Assembly (NCBI GenBank): GCA_963729625.1
Contig: CAVSOU010000017.1
Coordinates: 128,001-192,000, forward strand
Length of the DNA stretch: 64,000 nucleotides
Direction of reading: 5' to 3'
DNA from: an uncultured bacterium
GTDB taxonomy: Bacteria; Chloroflexota; UBA5177; JANWHV01
The position numbers were made by a program, and so were the translations under genes. Shown in pieces: positions 10,100 to 20,516 of this stretch. How positions within the stretch are numbered: the stretch's first letter is position 1; every line of letters starts with the position of its first letter. The notes under the pieces are model-generated. The model saw only the letters and a list, made by a program, of their open reading frames with translations, was not told where the DNA came from and ran no database searches.

Positions 10100-10260
10100 T
10101 TACAGACAAGGTGCCAGGTGATCAACTTTGCCGTTGGCAGGGCCCTCCGACAGGACGGTGTCGCCGGCGTGCAGCCGCTCAATCGCCACCCCACCCTTCG
10201 GTGCGGCCACGAGGGTGCCGGCCGGGAAGCACGTCTCGCAGGCCACGGCCAATTGGCGCA
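10100..10260 (-). pseudogene. N-terminal fragment of a polymorphic-toxin HINT domain
   Basis: CFPAGTLVAAPKGGVAIERLHAGDTVLSEGPANGK (Cys codon 10231-10229) matches Hint block A; stops about 43 codons later. Confidence 0.7.
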
Positions 10261-10311
10261 TGATCTGGCAGCTGCACGGCGCTGACTCCGCCGGGCACGC
10301 CCGTCCGCAGC

Positions 10312-10779
10312 TCAACGGCTGAGCGCCAGTGGCTGCCACTCGCGGATCTGCTTGGCATGCTCGGGGTAGTGCCGATACGTATTCTCGGCAATGAACTCCA
10401 GCTTGGGAAGCACTGCTTCCTCGCTCAGACTGGTCAAGGCACTTGACAGCCGCATCCCGGTCTCGTCAAAGGTTGCTTTGGCCTGGCTTACAGGCACTGT
10501 GCGATGCTCTTGATACACCCGGTCGTTTATCCGGTCGATCTGAGCGTCGTTGTCCGCGCCACCCAGTAGGTCGTGCGCTGTTGCAGCACCATGAAGCTTT
10601 GCCACCGTCTGCCGCTCCCACCAGGCCACATGCACGAGGATGTCCTTTACCGACCAATGGCCCGCCACGCCTGGCTCATCCAGCCGAGCATCAGGCAGGT
10701 TCGCGAAGCTTGCGCCAAGCACAGCGCGTTCCACCTTAATCCGCTCGACAAGCCGCTCAACGGTAGTTGGTTCTTGCAT
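10312..10779 (-). CDS. DinB / ClbS-DfsB four-helix-bundle protein
   Basis: PGVAGHWSVKDILVHVAWWE...ENTYRHYPEH; GAGAGG RBS. Confidence 0.8.
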   Translation of the reverse strand: MQEPTTVERLVERIKVERAVLGASFANLPDARLDEPGVAGHWSVKDILVHVAWWERQTVAKLHGAATAHDLLGGADNDAQIDRINDRVYQEHRTVPVSQAKATFDETGMRLSSALTSLSEEAVLPKLEFIAENTYRHYPEHAKQIREWQPLALSR

Positions 10780-10953
10780 CGTTCCTCTCCTCGGGACACT
10801 CATTATCGCACTGCAACAGCTATAGACATCGACAGGCAGGGTGACCGGGCCAAGCACAGGTCGTTTCCTGCACTTCGCTTCAGGTAACCTGCTGCTTCGA
10901 CAGTCGTCTCGACATTGGCCCGGACCTTTGTCTGACTGTCCTCGAGCACTCGT

Positions 10954-12207
10954 TCATGACGCCTTCCGAATACGCATGGTTACGGTGGACGTGGCGTTGC
11001 CGAGCTGGACCGCGATATGCAAGCTGCCGTCAGCGGCGGCTCTTGCCAACGTCGGGCGGCCGGCGTTGCGGGTAACGGCGTACGCTTGGCCCGCCTGGTA
11101 GATGCCTGCGGTGACCAGCGACACGGTACCGTAGCCGGTCAGCGTGAAGCCTTGCGGTCCGACATTCGTGAGGTCCGTGAACCCATCGCCCTGCCGCCCC
11201 ACGGAGAAGGCGTAGCCCCACACACTTGCGGAAGTGTCCGCGGTGCGATAGCTCCAGGTGTACTGCGGAGCGTGCGGCTGCATGAGCGCCGCCATCAGCA
11301 TCGGCATGGCTTTGTGGAGCTCACGCTGCCAGTATGGCCAGGTATGCGTGCCGCCACCGTAGTCGTCCACCACGGCCGGGACGTGGGAGTTGGCCAGCGC
11401 ACGCGCCATGCTGACCAGCGACCTATGCACCTGCACCTCAGTCTGGTCTGGAACGCTGCTCTTGCTGCTATCCAGCGGCCCGCGGCTGCCATTACCGGCG
11501 CTGAGGAAGAGCTGTACGCCGCGGAGATTGAATGCCAATGCCACGGGATCGTGGGATAGCACGCAGTAGGCCGATTGGTCGCACACCTGCTCAAAGATCA
11601 TGGAGGACGAAAGCATCTGGCCGTCGCTTCCGGGCGCGCTGAAGTGCTCTGGGTCGAGCACGCCGCTGAACGATGCGGCGGCTACGAACAGATCCGGATG
11701 GCGCGCGGCGTACGCCATGGCGCCCATGCCGCCCATGGAGAGCCCGGCGATCGCGCGGCCGTCACGGCTGGCCAGAGTGCGGAAATGCTGGTCGATATAG
11801 GGAATCAGCTCCTTGATGTGATAGGTTTCCCAGTTCGGTCCGGGAATGAGCGGATCCATATACCACCCGGTGGCGCCGTCCGGCATCACCACGATGAGCG
11901 GCAAGTCATGCACGAGGGAGGCGACGTCGGACTGCTGCACCCAATCACTGTATGATTCGCCGTAGCCATGCAGCAGGTAGAGGACCGGATAACGTCTGGC
12001 GCTGGTAGCATAGCCGTCCGGCAGCAGGATGTTGACATTCGTGCGGCCGCCGAGAGCCGTGCTGTTGATAGTCAGGGTGCGCAGGTCGCTCGTGCCGGCG
12101 GCTTTCAGGGGCGGAGCGCCGGCACTGATAAGCGCGAATGCCACGACGACGGGCCAGGCATACCATTTCCAGGGCAGTGCTCCGCGTGACAGTTTCACGA
12201 TCGCCAT
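10954..12207 (-). CDS. Secreted esterase (alpha/beta hydrolase) with C-terminal beta-rich domain
   Basis: YPVLYLLHG, AIAGLSMGG, GGTHTWPYW; N-terminal signal peptide. Confidence 0.85.
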   Translation of the reverse strand: MAIVKLSRGALPWKWYAWPVVVAFALISAGAPPLKAAGTSDLRTLTINSTALGGRTNVNILLPDGYATSARRYPVLYLLHGYGESYSDWVQQSDVASLVHDLPLIVVMPDGATGWYMDPLIPGPNWETYHIKELIPYIDQHFRTLASRDGRAIAGLSMGGMGAMAYAARHPDLFVAAASFSGVLDPEHFSAPGSDGQMLSSSMIFEQVCDQSAYCVLSHDPVALAFNLRGVQLFLSAGNGSRGPLDSSKSSVPDQTEVQVHRSLVSMARALANSHVPAVVDDYGGGTHTWPYWQRELHKAMPMLMAALMQPHAPQYTWSYRTADTSASVWGYAFSVGRQGDGFTDLTNVGPQGFTLTGYGTVSLVTAGIYQAGQAYAVTRNAGRPTLARAAADGSLHIAVQLGNATSTVTMRIRKAS

Positions 12208-12446
12208 CCTTTCAGCAAGAGCGAGCCAGAATCTTCAATTCCTTCCACAGCCGCGAATCGACGATCGGTGACTGCTACCGGGCGCCGGCCTTCCGGACTG
12301 CCGGTGGCGGTAACCGACCGCGGCACTGTCCCTGGGGGTCGACGTGTGGCATGTACCGATTAGTTCACGGGGTTACGATCGCGGCTGTCGTCCAGCAGCG
12401 GATTTGCACGAAGCGTGCCGGCTCAGATCGGTTACCAGGTCTACGT

Positions 12447-12493
12447 TATACCCATCTAATCGATTTGTCAAATCGGTTAGATGGGTATATACT
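12447..12493. promoter_or_regulatory. 43-bp near-perfect palindrome over a sigma70 promoter (probable LacI-family operator pair)
   Basis: TATACCCATCTAATCGATTTG-T-CAAATCGGTTAGATGGGTATA (one mismatch); TTGTCA(12465)-17 nt-TATACT(12488) on +. Confidence 0.7.
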
Positions 12494-12632
12494 GGAATGG
12501 TCCGTAGACCAGGCTGAGCACGTGCCTGTACGAAACCAGCGGCGCGATCGGCGCGGACGGCACCTTGTATGATGAATCGATCGTGACCGGCGTGATGTTC
12601 AAGTGTGTGAGGGGATCGTGAACAGAGAAGCT

Positions 12633-14600
12633 ATGCGTGCAGGCGGTACGACCGTAACCGGCATATCCGGCATATCCTGGCAGCCGGCTCCGTTGACCAG
12701 CGTGTTCATTGACGATGCCTTCTGGTCGCCGCGCCTGCAAATCAACCGTGAAAAGACCATCCCATACCAGTACGCGCAGTGCAAGGAGACCGGGCGCATC
12801 GACGCGCTTCGCCTGACCTGGAAGCCCGGCATGGCGCCCGTTCCCCATCCGTTCTGGGATTCCGACGTCGCCAAGTGGATCGAGGCGGCAAGTTATAGCC
12901 TGGCCACGCATCCGGATCCGGCCCTCGATGCGCTGGTCGACGAGACTATCGCGCTGCTCGCCGCGGCGCAGCAAACGGACGGCTATCTCAATACCTACTT
13001 CACCGTGGTGAAGCCGGGCGAGCGGTGGACGGACCTGCGCGACGCGCACGAGCTCTATTGCGCGGGCCACCTGATCGAGGCAGGCGTCGCACACTACCAG
13101 GCCACGGGCAAGCGGACACTGCTCGAAGTCGTATGCCGCTACGCCGATCACATCGACACCGTGTTCGGTCGGGCGCCCGGGCAACAGCGTGGCTACTGTG
13201 GTCACGAAGAGATCGAGCTGGCGCTCGTCAAGCTGTATCGCGTAACAGGCGAAGAGCGCTACCTGCGCCTCGCCCAGTACTTCGTGGACGAGCGCGGCCA
13301 GAAGCCCAACTACTTTGAGCTGGAAGCGGCGAACCGTGCCACGCCGGGCTACTTCGAGGCGCACCGCGCGCACGGCCCGCTGCGCACGTCGTGGGAATAC
13401 AGCCAGTCCCACGCGCCGGTCCGCGATCAGCAGGAGGTCGTCGGGCACGCGGTGCGGGCCATGTACCTGTACTCCGCCATGGCCGACCTGGCAGGCGAGA
13501 GCGGTGACGAGGCGCTGCGCGCGGCGTGCAGGCGGCTGTGGGATCATCTGTGCTCAAGGCGCCTGTTTGTGACCGGCGGTCTCGGCTCTTCTTCAGAGAA
13601 CGAGGGCTTCACGCGCGACTACGATCTGCCCAACGAGAAGGCCTACGCCGAGACATGCGCGGCAATCGGCCTGGTTTTCTGGGCGCATCGGATGACCCAA
13701 CTGGAGGGCGACGGTCGCTACGCCGATGTGATGGAGCAGGCGCTGTACAACGGGGTGTTGAGCGGCGTGTCGCTCGACGGCACGCGGTTCTTCTACGAGA
13801 ACCCCCTGTCGAGTCGCGGCGGCGTCACACGCCAAGAGTGGTTCGGCGTGTCCTGCTGTCCGCCTAATCTGGCGCGCTTGCTTGCCTCCCTGGGGAAGTA
13901 CATCTACTCCACGCATGAATCCGGGGTAGCGGTCCACCTATACGTTCAGAGCGACCTCCGTCTGAGCGTGCATGGGCGATCGGTCACGTTGCAGCAGCAG
14001 ACTGAGTACCCCTGGCACGGCGCGGTGAAGCTGTCCGTATGTACCGACCAGCCCACTGAATTCACGGTGGCGCTCCGGATTCCGCGCTGGTGCAGGCAAG
14101 CCGGCCTCGTCGTCAACGGCAGTGCGGTCGACCTGCAGGCAATCATGGACAAAGGATACGCGCGGATCACCAGGACCTGGGCCGAAGGGGACACGGTTGA
14201 GCTGGATCTGGCGATGCCGGTCGAGCGCGTGTACGCGCACCCGCAGGTACTCGAGGATATCGGCCACGTCGCACTGCAGCGTGGACCGCTTGTGTACTGT
14301 CTCGAAGAGGTCGACAACTCTGTCTCGCTGGCTCATCTCTCACTTGTCGCGGATACGGATCTCATGGCCCAGTGCGATGCCTCGATACTTGGCGGCACGG
14401 TGGTGATTCACGGCGAAGGACGGGCTACCGACGACTCCGACTGGAACGGCGTACTCTACCGGCATGAACCGCCTGGAGCAACAATGCGGACAATTACCGC
14501 CGTCCCCTACTACGTATGGGATAATCGCCAGAGTGGGCAGATGCGCGTGTGGATGCGGGAAGCACGCCGGCTAACAGACGAGCATCACCAGGGAATGTGA
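12633..14600 (+). CDS. Glycoside hydrolase family 127 (beta-L-arabinofuranosidase-like)
   Basis: DSDVAKWIEAA, HELYCAGH, GHEEIELAL, GHAVRAMY, YAETCA, SCCPPN; start uncertain (12603-12633). Confidence 0.92.
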   Translation: MRAGGTTVTGISGISWQPAPLTSVFIDDAFWSPRLQINREKTIPYQYAQCKETGRIDALRLTWKPGMAPVPHPFWDSDVAKWIEAASYSLATHPDPALDALVDETIALLAAAQQTDGYLNTYFTVVKPGERWTDLRDAHELYCAGHLIEAGVAHYQATGKRTLLEVVCRYADHIDTVFGRAPGQQRGYCGHEEIELALVKLYRVTGEERYLRLAQYFVDERGQKPNYFELEAANRATPGYFEAHRAHGPLRTSWEYSQSHAPVRDQQEVVGHAVRAMYLYSAMADLAGESGDEALRAACRRLWDHLCSRRLFVTGGLGSSSENEGFTRDYDLPNEKAYAETCAAIGLVFWAHRMTQLEGDGRYADVMEQALYNGVLSGVSLDGTRFFYENPLSSRGGVTRQEWFGVSCCPPNLARLLASLGKYIYSTHESGVAVHLYVQSDLRLSVHGRSVTLQQQTEYPWHGAVKLSVCTDQPTEFTVALRIPRWCRQAGLVVNGSAVDLQAIMDKGYARITRTWAEGDTVELDLAMPVERVYAHPQVLEDIGHVALQRGPLVYCLEEVDNSVSLAHLSLVADTDLMAQCDASILGGTVVIHGEGRATDDSDWNGVLYRHEPPGATMRTITAVPYYVWDNRQSGQMRVWMREARRLTDEHHQGM

Positions 14601-14606
14601 CGGGGC

Positions 14607-15641
14607 ATGCGGGTGAAGAAGCGCGTTACGCATCGAGACGTGGCAAAGCTGGCCGGTGTATCCACGGCCGTGGTTTCCTATGTGGTCAATGATGGACCAC
14701 GTGCCACATCGCCCGAGGCCCGCAGTCGTGTCCTGGACGCGATTGAAACGCTCGCATATCATCCAAACGCCGCGGCGCGCGGCCTCCGCATGCAGCGAAC
14801 GCGAACCGTCGGCTTCATCTCCTACGACTACTACCCGCAAAGCGCGTTTATCGCCCCATGGAACGCGGGCGTGCTGACCGGCCTCACGTTCGCGCTGCAG
14901 GCGAAGCGGTACTTCTTGCTCCCATACCCGCTAGGAGTCGGCGACGACCTGCGTGACCTGCGCGAGTTGCTGCACAGCGGGCGCCTTGACGGGATCGTCG
15001 TGCGTCTCGCCGAGGAGGCCTCTGTCACCGACAGTGTATTGGGGACGATCGCGGATGCCGGCGTCCCCTGCGTCTGCATCGAGCGTGCCGGAGCACCGTG
15101 CTTCGGATTCAGCTCGGTGGCGTACGACGACGAGGACGCCGCTTTTTCCGCCACGACGTACCTCATCGAGAAGGGCCATCGGCGGATCGGGCATATCAAG
15201 GGCGATCTGCGGCAGGTGGCGGCGCAGGATCGCCTTGCCGGCTACAGACGAGCCCTCGTGGAGGCAGGACTTCAGGGCGGCGAGGACCTGGTGCAGGGCG
15301 GCAGCTGGCTGCCGGCGGATGCCAGTGTGGCAACGATCCGCATGTTGGACATGGCGAACCCGCCCACCGCCGTGTTCGCTGCCAACGACGAGCTCGCGAT
15401 GAACGTGATCGAAGTGCTGCGGTCGCGCAAGTACCGCATTCCAGACGACGTCGCGGTCGTCGGTTTCGACGATGTACCGCTGTCCCAGGAGCTGATACCA
15501 CCCCTCACGACCGTGCGCATTCCTTTTGCCGATCTTGGCCGGCGGGCTGCCGACCTGCTCCTGCACGTGATAAAGCAGAACACGAATGAGTGCATCGCGG
15601 AGACCGTGCCGCTGGAGCTGATCAGGCGAGGCACGGCGTAG
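14607..15641 (+). CDS. LacI-family transcriptional regulator
   Basis: THRDVAKLAGVSTAVVSYVVN HTH; YHPNAAARGL; PDDVAVVGFDD; PPLTTV. Confidence 0.93.
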   Translation: MRVKKRVTHRDVAKLAGVSTAVVSYVVNDGPRATSPEARSRVLDAIETLAYHPNAAARGLRMQRTRTVGFISYDYYPQSAFIAPWNAGVLTGLTFALQAKRYFLLPYPLGVGDDLRDLRELLHSGRLDGIVVRLAEEASVTDSVLGTIADAGVPCVCIERAGAPCFGFSSVAYDDEDAAFSATTYLIEKGHRRIGHIKGDLRQVAAQDRLAGYRRALVEAGLQGGEDLVQGGSWLPADASVATIRMLDMANPPTAVFAANDELAMNVIEVLRSRKYRIPDDVAVVGFDDVPLSQELIPPLTTVRIPFADLGRRAADLLLHVIKQNTNECIAETVPLELIRRGTA

Positions 15642-15971
15642 TGGATCTGGCCACATCACAGGTAACGTCTGTGGGAAGCTATTCCGCCCCACCTAAGCGG
15701 GCAGAGCTGTGAGGCGGAGAACCGCCTCCGACGAGATAGCAGGCACGCGCTCTTGCCGTTCGGTCGGTACCACAGCGCGGATCGGGTCAGTGCTGTGCTT
15801 GTTGCCGATCGCCGAAGGCCGATACACATGCATAGATATACCGTCCCTGCCCTGAAGCCAAGCCGAGTCATCGCCTCCTCGAAGCAGGCTCGGCGTGAGA
15901 CATGAAACGATGGCGCGCAGCAATCAAGGCTTGCCATAACGCGTGGACACATCGGCCGGTCTTACTTCTCG

Positions 15972-18900
15972 TCAGCCGAGCGTTGCCAGCAGCTGCTCGG
16001 CACTCTCAATATCCGCGCGCGCACCCAGCCGCCGGAAGATGGCCAGCGCGTCCTCCAGGCAGGCTCGGGCAGCCGCAGCGTCGCCGCGAGCCAGGTGCAG
16101 TCGGCCGTACATCTCCAGCAGCCGTCCCTCGCCGTGCGGGTAGGGCATGCTCCGAGCCAGCGCCAGACCCTCCTCCAGCGCCTGCTCCGCCTCGTCCCAG
16201 CGCGCTTGCCTGAGCAGCACGAGGGCCTGCACCCGCAGGTCCTGTGCCCACGCCAGCCGGCAGGTGCCGCGGCGCGCCCGCTGGAGTGCCTCGCGCACCG
16301 TACTGGCAGCCTGGTCGATCTGGCCCGCTTCGAGCTGCGCCCAGGCCAACACGGGTAGCACGTACTGCGTCACAACGAACTCCTCGTGACCCGGCCGGTC
16401 GAGCAACGGGAGCAGGCGCGCGCAGGCGGCCTCGGCTCGCCCCTCCATCACCTCGCGCTCGGCCAGGTGAGCGCGGGCCACGAGGGCGTGCATGCGCTCG
16501 TCCGGGCTGGCAGCGGCCACTACCTGTTCGAAGTAGCGCGCCGCCTCGTCCCAGGCACCCTGGGCGTGCAGGAGACGCCCGAGGTCGCAGCGGGGGCGCG
16601 TGTAGCTAAATCCGTCGGTGAAGCCTGTTTCGTCCGCGACGGCGACACCACGCTCCAGATAGACGCGGGCGGCGGCCCAGTCCCCGCTCAGGAACGCGTC
16701 CAGCCCCAGCCGGCTCATGGAGGTGATGATGCCGGCTGGATCGCGTGCCCGTTCCGCGACCGCGAGCAGGCGCTCTGCGGCCTGTCTGCCCTGCTCATAC
16801 TCGCCCCGCTCCTCATGGATCCAGGCCAGCATGTGCCACGGCAAATCTCCGTCCTCCGGTGTCGCCAGTCCTGCGGCCTCCTCGGCCGCCCGGAGCGCTT
16901 CGTCGGCACGGCTCGCCAGGATGCAGACGTAGGCGTGGCTTCCGAGTGCCGACACCACCTGGGCACGGTCTCCCAGCGCACGGGCGATCTGCTCCCCGCG
17001 GGTCATAGGGGCCAACGCGCTGTCAGTCTGGCCCTCGTTGCTATACAGATGGGCCAGCCTCAAGTATGCCGCGGCCAGCTCGCTGGAGGGGCCGCGGGAC
17101 TCCAAGGTCGCCACGACCGGCTGCAGGCGCGCGATCCCGGCCGGTCGCGGCCCCCTGCTTCCGTAGATCCGAGCGATGAGCGTTTCCACTCTGGCCATGC
17201 CCGCCAGGTCGCCCGCCCGGCGGAGCATGCCCGTTGCCTGGTCCAGCACTGCCAGCGCGGCGTCGAACTGCCCGATGCGGAAGAGAACGCTACCCAGCTT
17301 CTCGCAGGCGAGCACGAGGTCGGGCTCGGCTCCCAAGCCCTCCAGACACGCCACCAGATCCCGGTAGTGCGCTGCCGCCGCCGCGTGGGCGAACTGGGCC
17401 GACGCGCTATCGCCGGCCTGCTCCAGGTAGACCGCCGCCCGCGCCGCGTCGCCGGCCTCGCGGAAGTGGTAGGCCAGCGCCTCCAGCGCCGGCCTGCCGG
17501 ACCCACGTTCTAGGGCTTGGGCCACCTGCCGGTGCAGCAGGCGTCGCCGCGCCAGCCCCAGGTCCGCTTCCACCACCTCGCGGATCAGGTCGTGCACAAA
17601 GGCGTAGGCGTCGTCGCCGGTCTCCTCCAGGAGACCGACCCGGCAGGCCTGCTCCAGTGCATCGAGCACCTCGCTCTCGGGCAGCTCCACCGCCTCCAGG
17701 AGCAGCGCACGAGGGACCACACGGCCCATCACCGCCGCCGTGCCCAGCAGCGTCCGCGCCGCCTCGGGCAGTACCTGCACACGGCGCCGGATGCTCTGGC
17801 GCAGATCCCAGGGCACGCCCGGCGTGGCCCGTTCCTCGGACTGCCGGCCCCGCACGCTCCGCGCATAGCTCACCACGTAGAAGGGCACGCCGCCGGCGCG
17901 CGACGCAACCTGCGCGGCCAGCGCCGCGCCGTCCTGTCCCGGCTCGCTCAGGGCGCGCAGGAACAGCGCCTGCGCCTCTGATGGAGCAAGCGGCCCGATC
18001 GTGTGCTCGGTTGCCAGCTGCGCTTCGGCCAACGCGGCCAGGGCCAGCACGAGCGGGTGCTCCGGCCCGACCTCCGTATCGCGGTAGGCGCCCACCACGC
18101 GCAGCGAGAGGTCCGGCGGATGGCGGAGCAGACTGGCGAGCAGGTCGCAGGCATCGGCGCCTGCCCACTGCAGATCGTCCAGCAGCAGCAGCGTGCCGGC
18201 CGGTCCTGCCAGGTTGGCCAGGAAGCGGCCCACGGCCTTGAAGATCAGGTGGCGCTCCTGCTCGGGTTGCAGCACCCAGTGCGGCAGCGGCTCGAGGGCG
18301 TCCTGGGGCAGGTCGGGGAGCAGGCGCACCAGCCAGGCGCAGCCCGCCAGCTCCGCGCGCAGGGCTGCCACCGCCCGGCTGGCCACATGCTGCTCCAGGG
18401 CCTGCAGCAGCGGGGCAAAGGGCTCGCCGGCTCCGCGGCTGCAGCCGCCGGCCAGCACCGCCCAGCCTTGCGGGATGGCCCAGGACGCCGCCTCCTGCAG
18501 CAGGCGGGTCTTGCCGATGCCCGGCTCTCCGGCGAACAGCAGCAGTGGCGGTCCCTCGCCGGCCAGGTGCGCCTCCAGCAGGGCGATCTCGGCTGCTCGC
18601 CCTACCAGGTCCGGCTGCCCATTGCCGTAGGGCTGCTCCACCGCGGCGGCGCCAGAATCCGTCATGCTGGCGCGCCGACCGCTCCAGCCAGGCCCGCTCC
18701 GGCCCCGCGAGGTCCAGGGCCCGGATCAGCAGCCCAAGCGTGGCCCCACGAGGCGCACGGCTCACCCCGCGCTCCAGGTCGCTGATGCCGCGGGCAGACA
18801 GCCCCGCCCGCTCCGCCAGCGCCTCCTGGGTCAACCCGGCGGCCTCACGGTAGCGTCGCAGCAGCACCCCGAAGGCGGGGCCAGCCTCCCTGCGCTGCAT
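15972..18900 (-). CDS. XRE-HTH + AAA/STAND NTPase + TPR protein, frameshifted near 18665
   Basis: XRE (FGVLLRRYREAAGLTQEALAERAGLS) from ATG 18900 in one frame; LVGR..GEPGIGKT, LLLDDLQWAD, GGVPFY, FVHDLIRE and TPRs in 15972..18665 in another frame. Confidence 0.8.
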
Positions 18901-19371
18901 CGGCCCTCCCATCCCGAGAAGTCGGCTATGCCCGGCTGTGAGACTTCGCCTCGCCTCGCGCGTGTGCAGCGCGTGCGGCGAGCACGGCGGCAGGGGCCTT
19001 GCCGATCCTCGGCACATCGTGAGCATATATCCGCCCCGCGGGCCGTGCAACAGGTGTAAGAGTCGACGCCCTTGGGGGCGCTGCGGCCGGACGGGTTACC
19101 GGCCGTGTGGCCGCACAGCTCAAAACGTGGGTTCAGCCGTGGGTTTCCTGTGCCAACCTGTCTGGCTACTGGCACCTCCCAGACGCAGAGTGGAAGCGTG
19201 GGTAGCAGGGGTGTGCAGGTTGTGCAGACCGCGCTACCAGGCCACAGCGCTGAGTGGGGGAGCAAGTGAAGTCGACGTGAGCGTCAATGGGAGGAAACAC
19301 CAGCCGGCATCGGCTCAGACAGCCGCAGCGTGCATGCATGACACCTGGAATTCGATGGAGGGAGATCAGCG

Positions 19372-19758
19372 ATGTCTATCTTCGGAACACGTGGTCGATC
19401 GGCCGCTATGAGGGCCGTCCAGCAGCTTTGTTCGAGGCACGGGACTGCCGTCGTCCTGGTCAGCACGCTGGCCTTGGCGGGCAGTGCCTCATTCTACCTA
19501 CGCCAGCCGGCTGCTCCTGTGGCCGCGCAGATGCCTTCCAGTCAGCAGGGCTCCCTGACCTGCGGCCCCCAGGAGCGTGCGTATACCGCTTACATACCGG
19601 TATCCCCTTGGCAGGTCGAAGAGTGCCGGCCGGTCGCCCAGATGCCTTCCACCCAGCAGGACTCGCTTACCTGCGGCCCCCAGGAACGTGCGCATACCGC
19701 CTACATACCGGTATCCCCCTGGCTCGTTGCCGAGTGCCGGCCGGCCGCCCAGAGCTGA
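19372..19758 (+). CDS. Small secreted or membrane-anchored protein with two 37-aa Cys-pair repeats
   Basis: GGAGGG RBS; hydrophobic segment TAVVLVSTLALAGSASFYL; two copies of QMPS.QQ.SLTCGPQERA.TAYIPVSPW.V.ECRP.A. Confidence 0.7.
   Translation: MSIFGTRGRSAAMRAVQQLCSRHGTAVVLVSTLALAGSASFYLRQPAAPVAAQMPSSQQGSLTCGPQERAYTAYIPVSPWQVEECRPVAQMPSTQQDSLTCGPQERAHTAYIPVSPWLVAECRPAAQS
19528..19752 (+). repeat. 111-bp tandem duplication (2 copies)
   Basis: Units begin CAGATGCCTTCCA at 19528 and 19639. Confidence 0.9.
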
Positions 19759-20168
19759 GGGCGGCTCAGCATCGCGGCGGTTTGGCCGACACTGCCACGA
19801 TGGGGCAGGCGATGCCCACAGGGAGCCGGTGTCTCCTCCCAGCCGGGCATCTCATAGGAATCGGCGCCACGGGTGTCGACCTGGATGAGGGGCTAATCAG
19901 CGCTTGCGGGCGACTCGGACCCGTCTTCACTCTAGCAGGCGGGTCCGAGTTGTCGAATCAGGCCTGTATCTGCCGACGACCCTCTTGCCGGCAGCAGTGC
20001 TGTCGGCGCAACGAGTCCTTCGCTTGCTATTGGTCGACCGCTACCCCACATACGGGGCGCGGCAGACGGCGTAGCGGCCTTGCCGTCACCGTACCGGCGT
20101 GCCATGTTTGGGGAGAGCATGGGCCTTCGTCCGTGCGCTGGTGACGAGCGAGGTCCGAATCCAGGTAT

Positions 20169-20516
20169 TTACTGCATGTCTAGCGCGATGCGCAGGCCGT
20201 CTTCTACTTCTTGCAACTGGGTGGTCGTGAGGCTACCAAGCAGGACGGCGAGTTTCCCGCGATCGAGCGTGGTTACCTGGTGGCACATGGCAGTGCTCTC
20301 CTGAGGCAAGCCACCGGCGCCGGCAGGGAGTGCCACAGCGGTAGGGCCGCGGCGGGCTTGGGATGCGGAGGTCGAGACAGGCACTACGATCACTGACTGC
20401 CAGCCAGGCGCTTGGTTGAACGCGTCCCGGGAGACGATAATTACCGGACGTCGTCCTGTCTGCTCAGCACCTGAGCGGGGGGCCAGGGTTGCCCAATAGA
20501 CCTCGCCTCGCTTCAC
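20169..20516 (-). CDS. mazF: PemK/MazF-family toxin
   Basis: MKRGEVYWA..GAEQTGRRPVIIVS..VIVVPVS..CHQVTTLDR. Confidence 0.9.
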   Translation of the reverse strand: MKRGEVYWATLAPRSGAEQTGRRPVIIVSRDAFNQAPGWQSVIVVPVSTSASQARRGPTAVALPAGAGGLPQESTAMCHQVTTLDRGKLAVLLGSLTTTQLQEVEDGLRIALDMQ

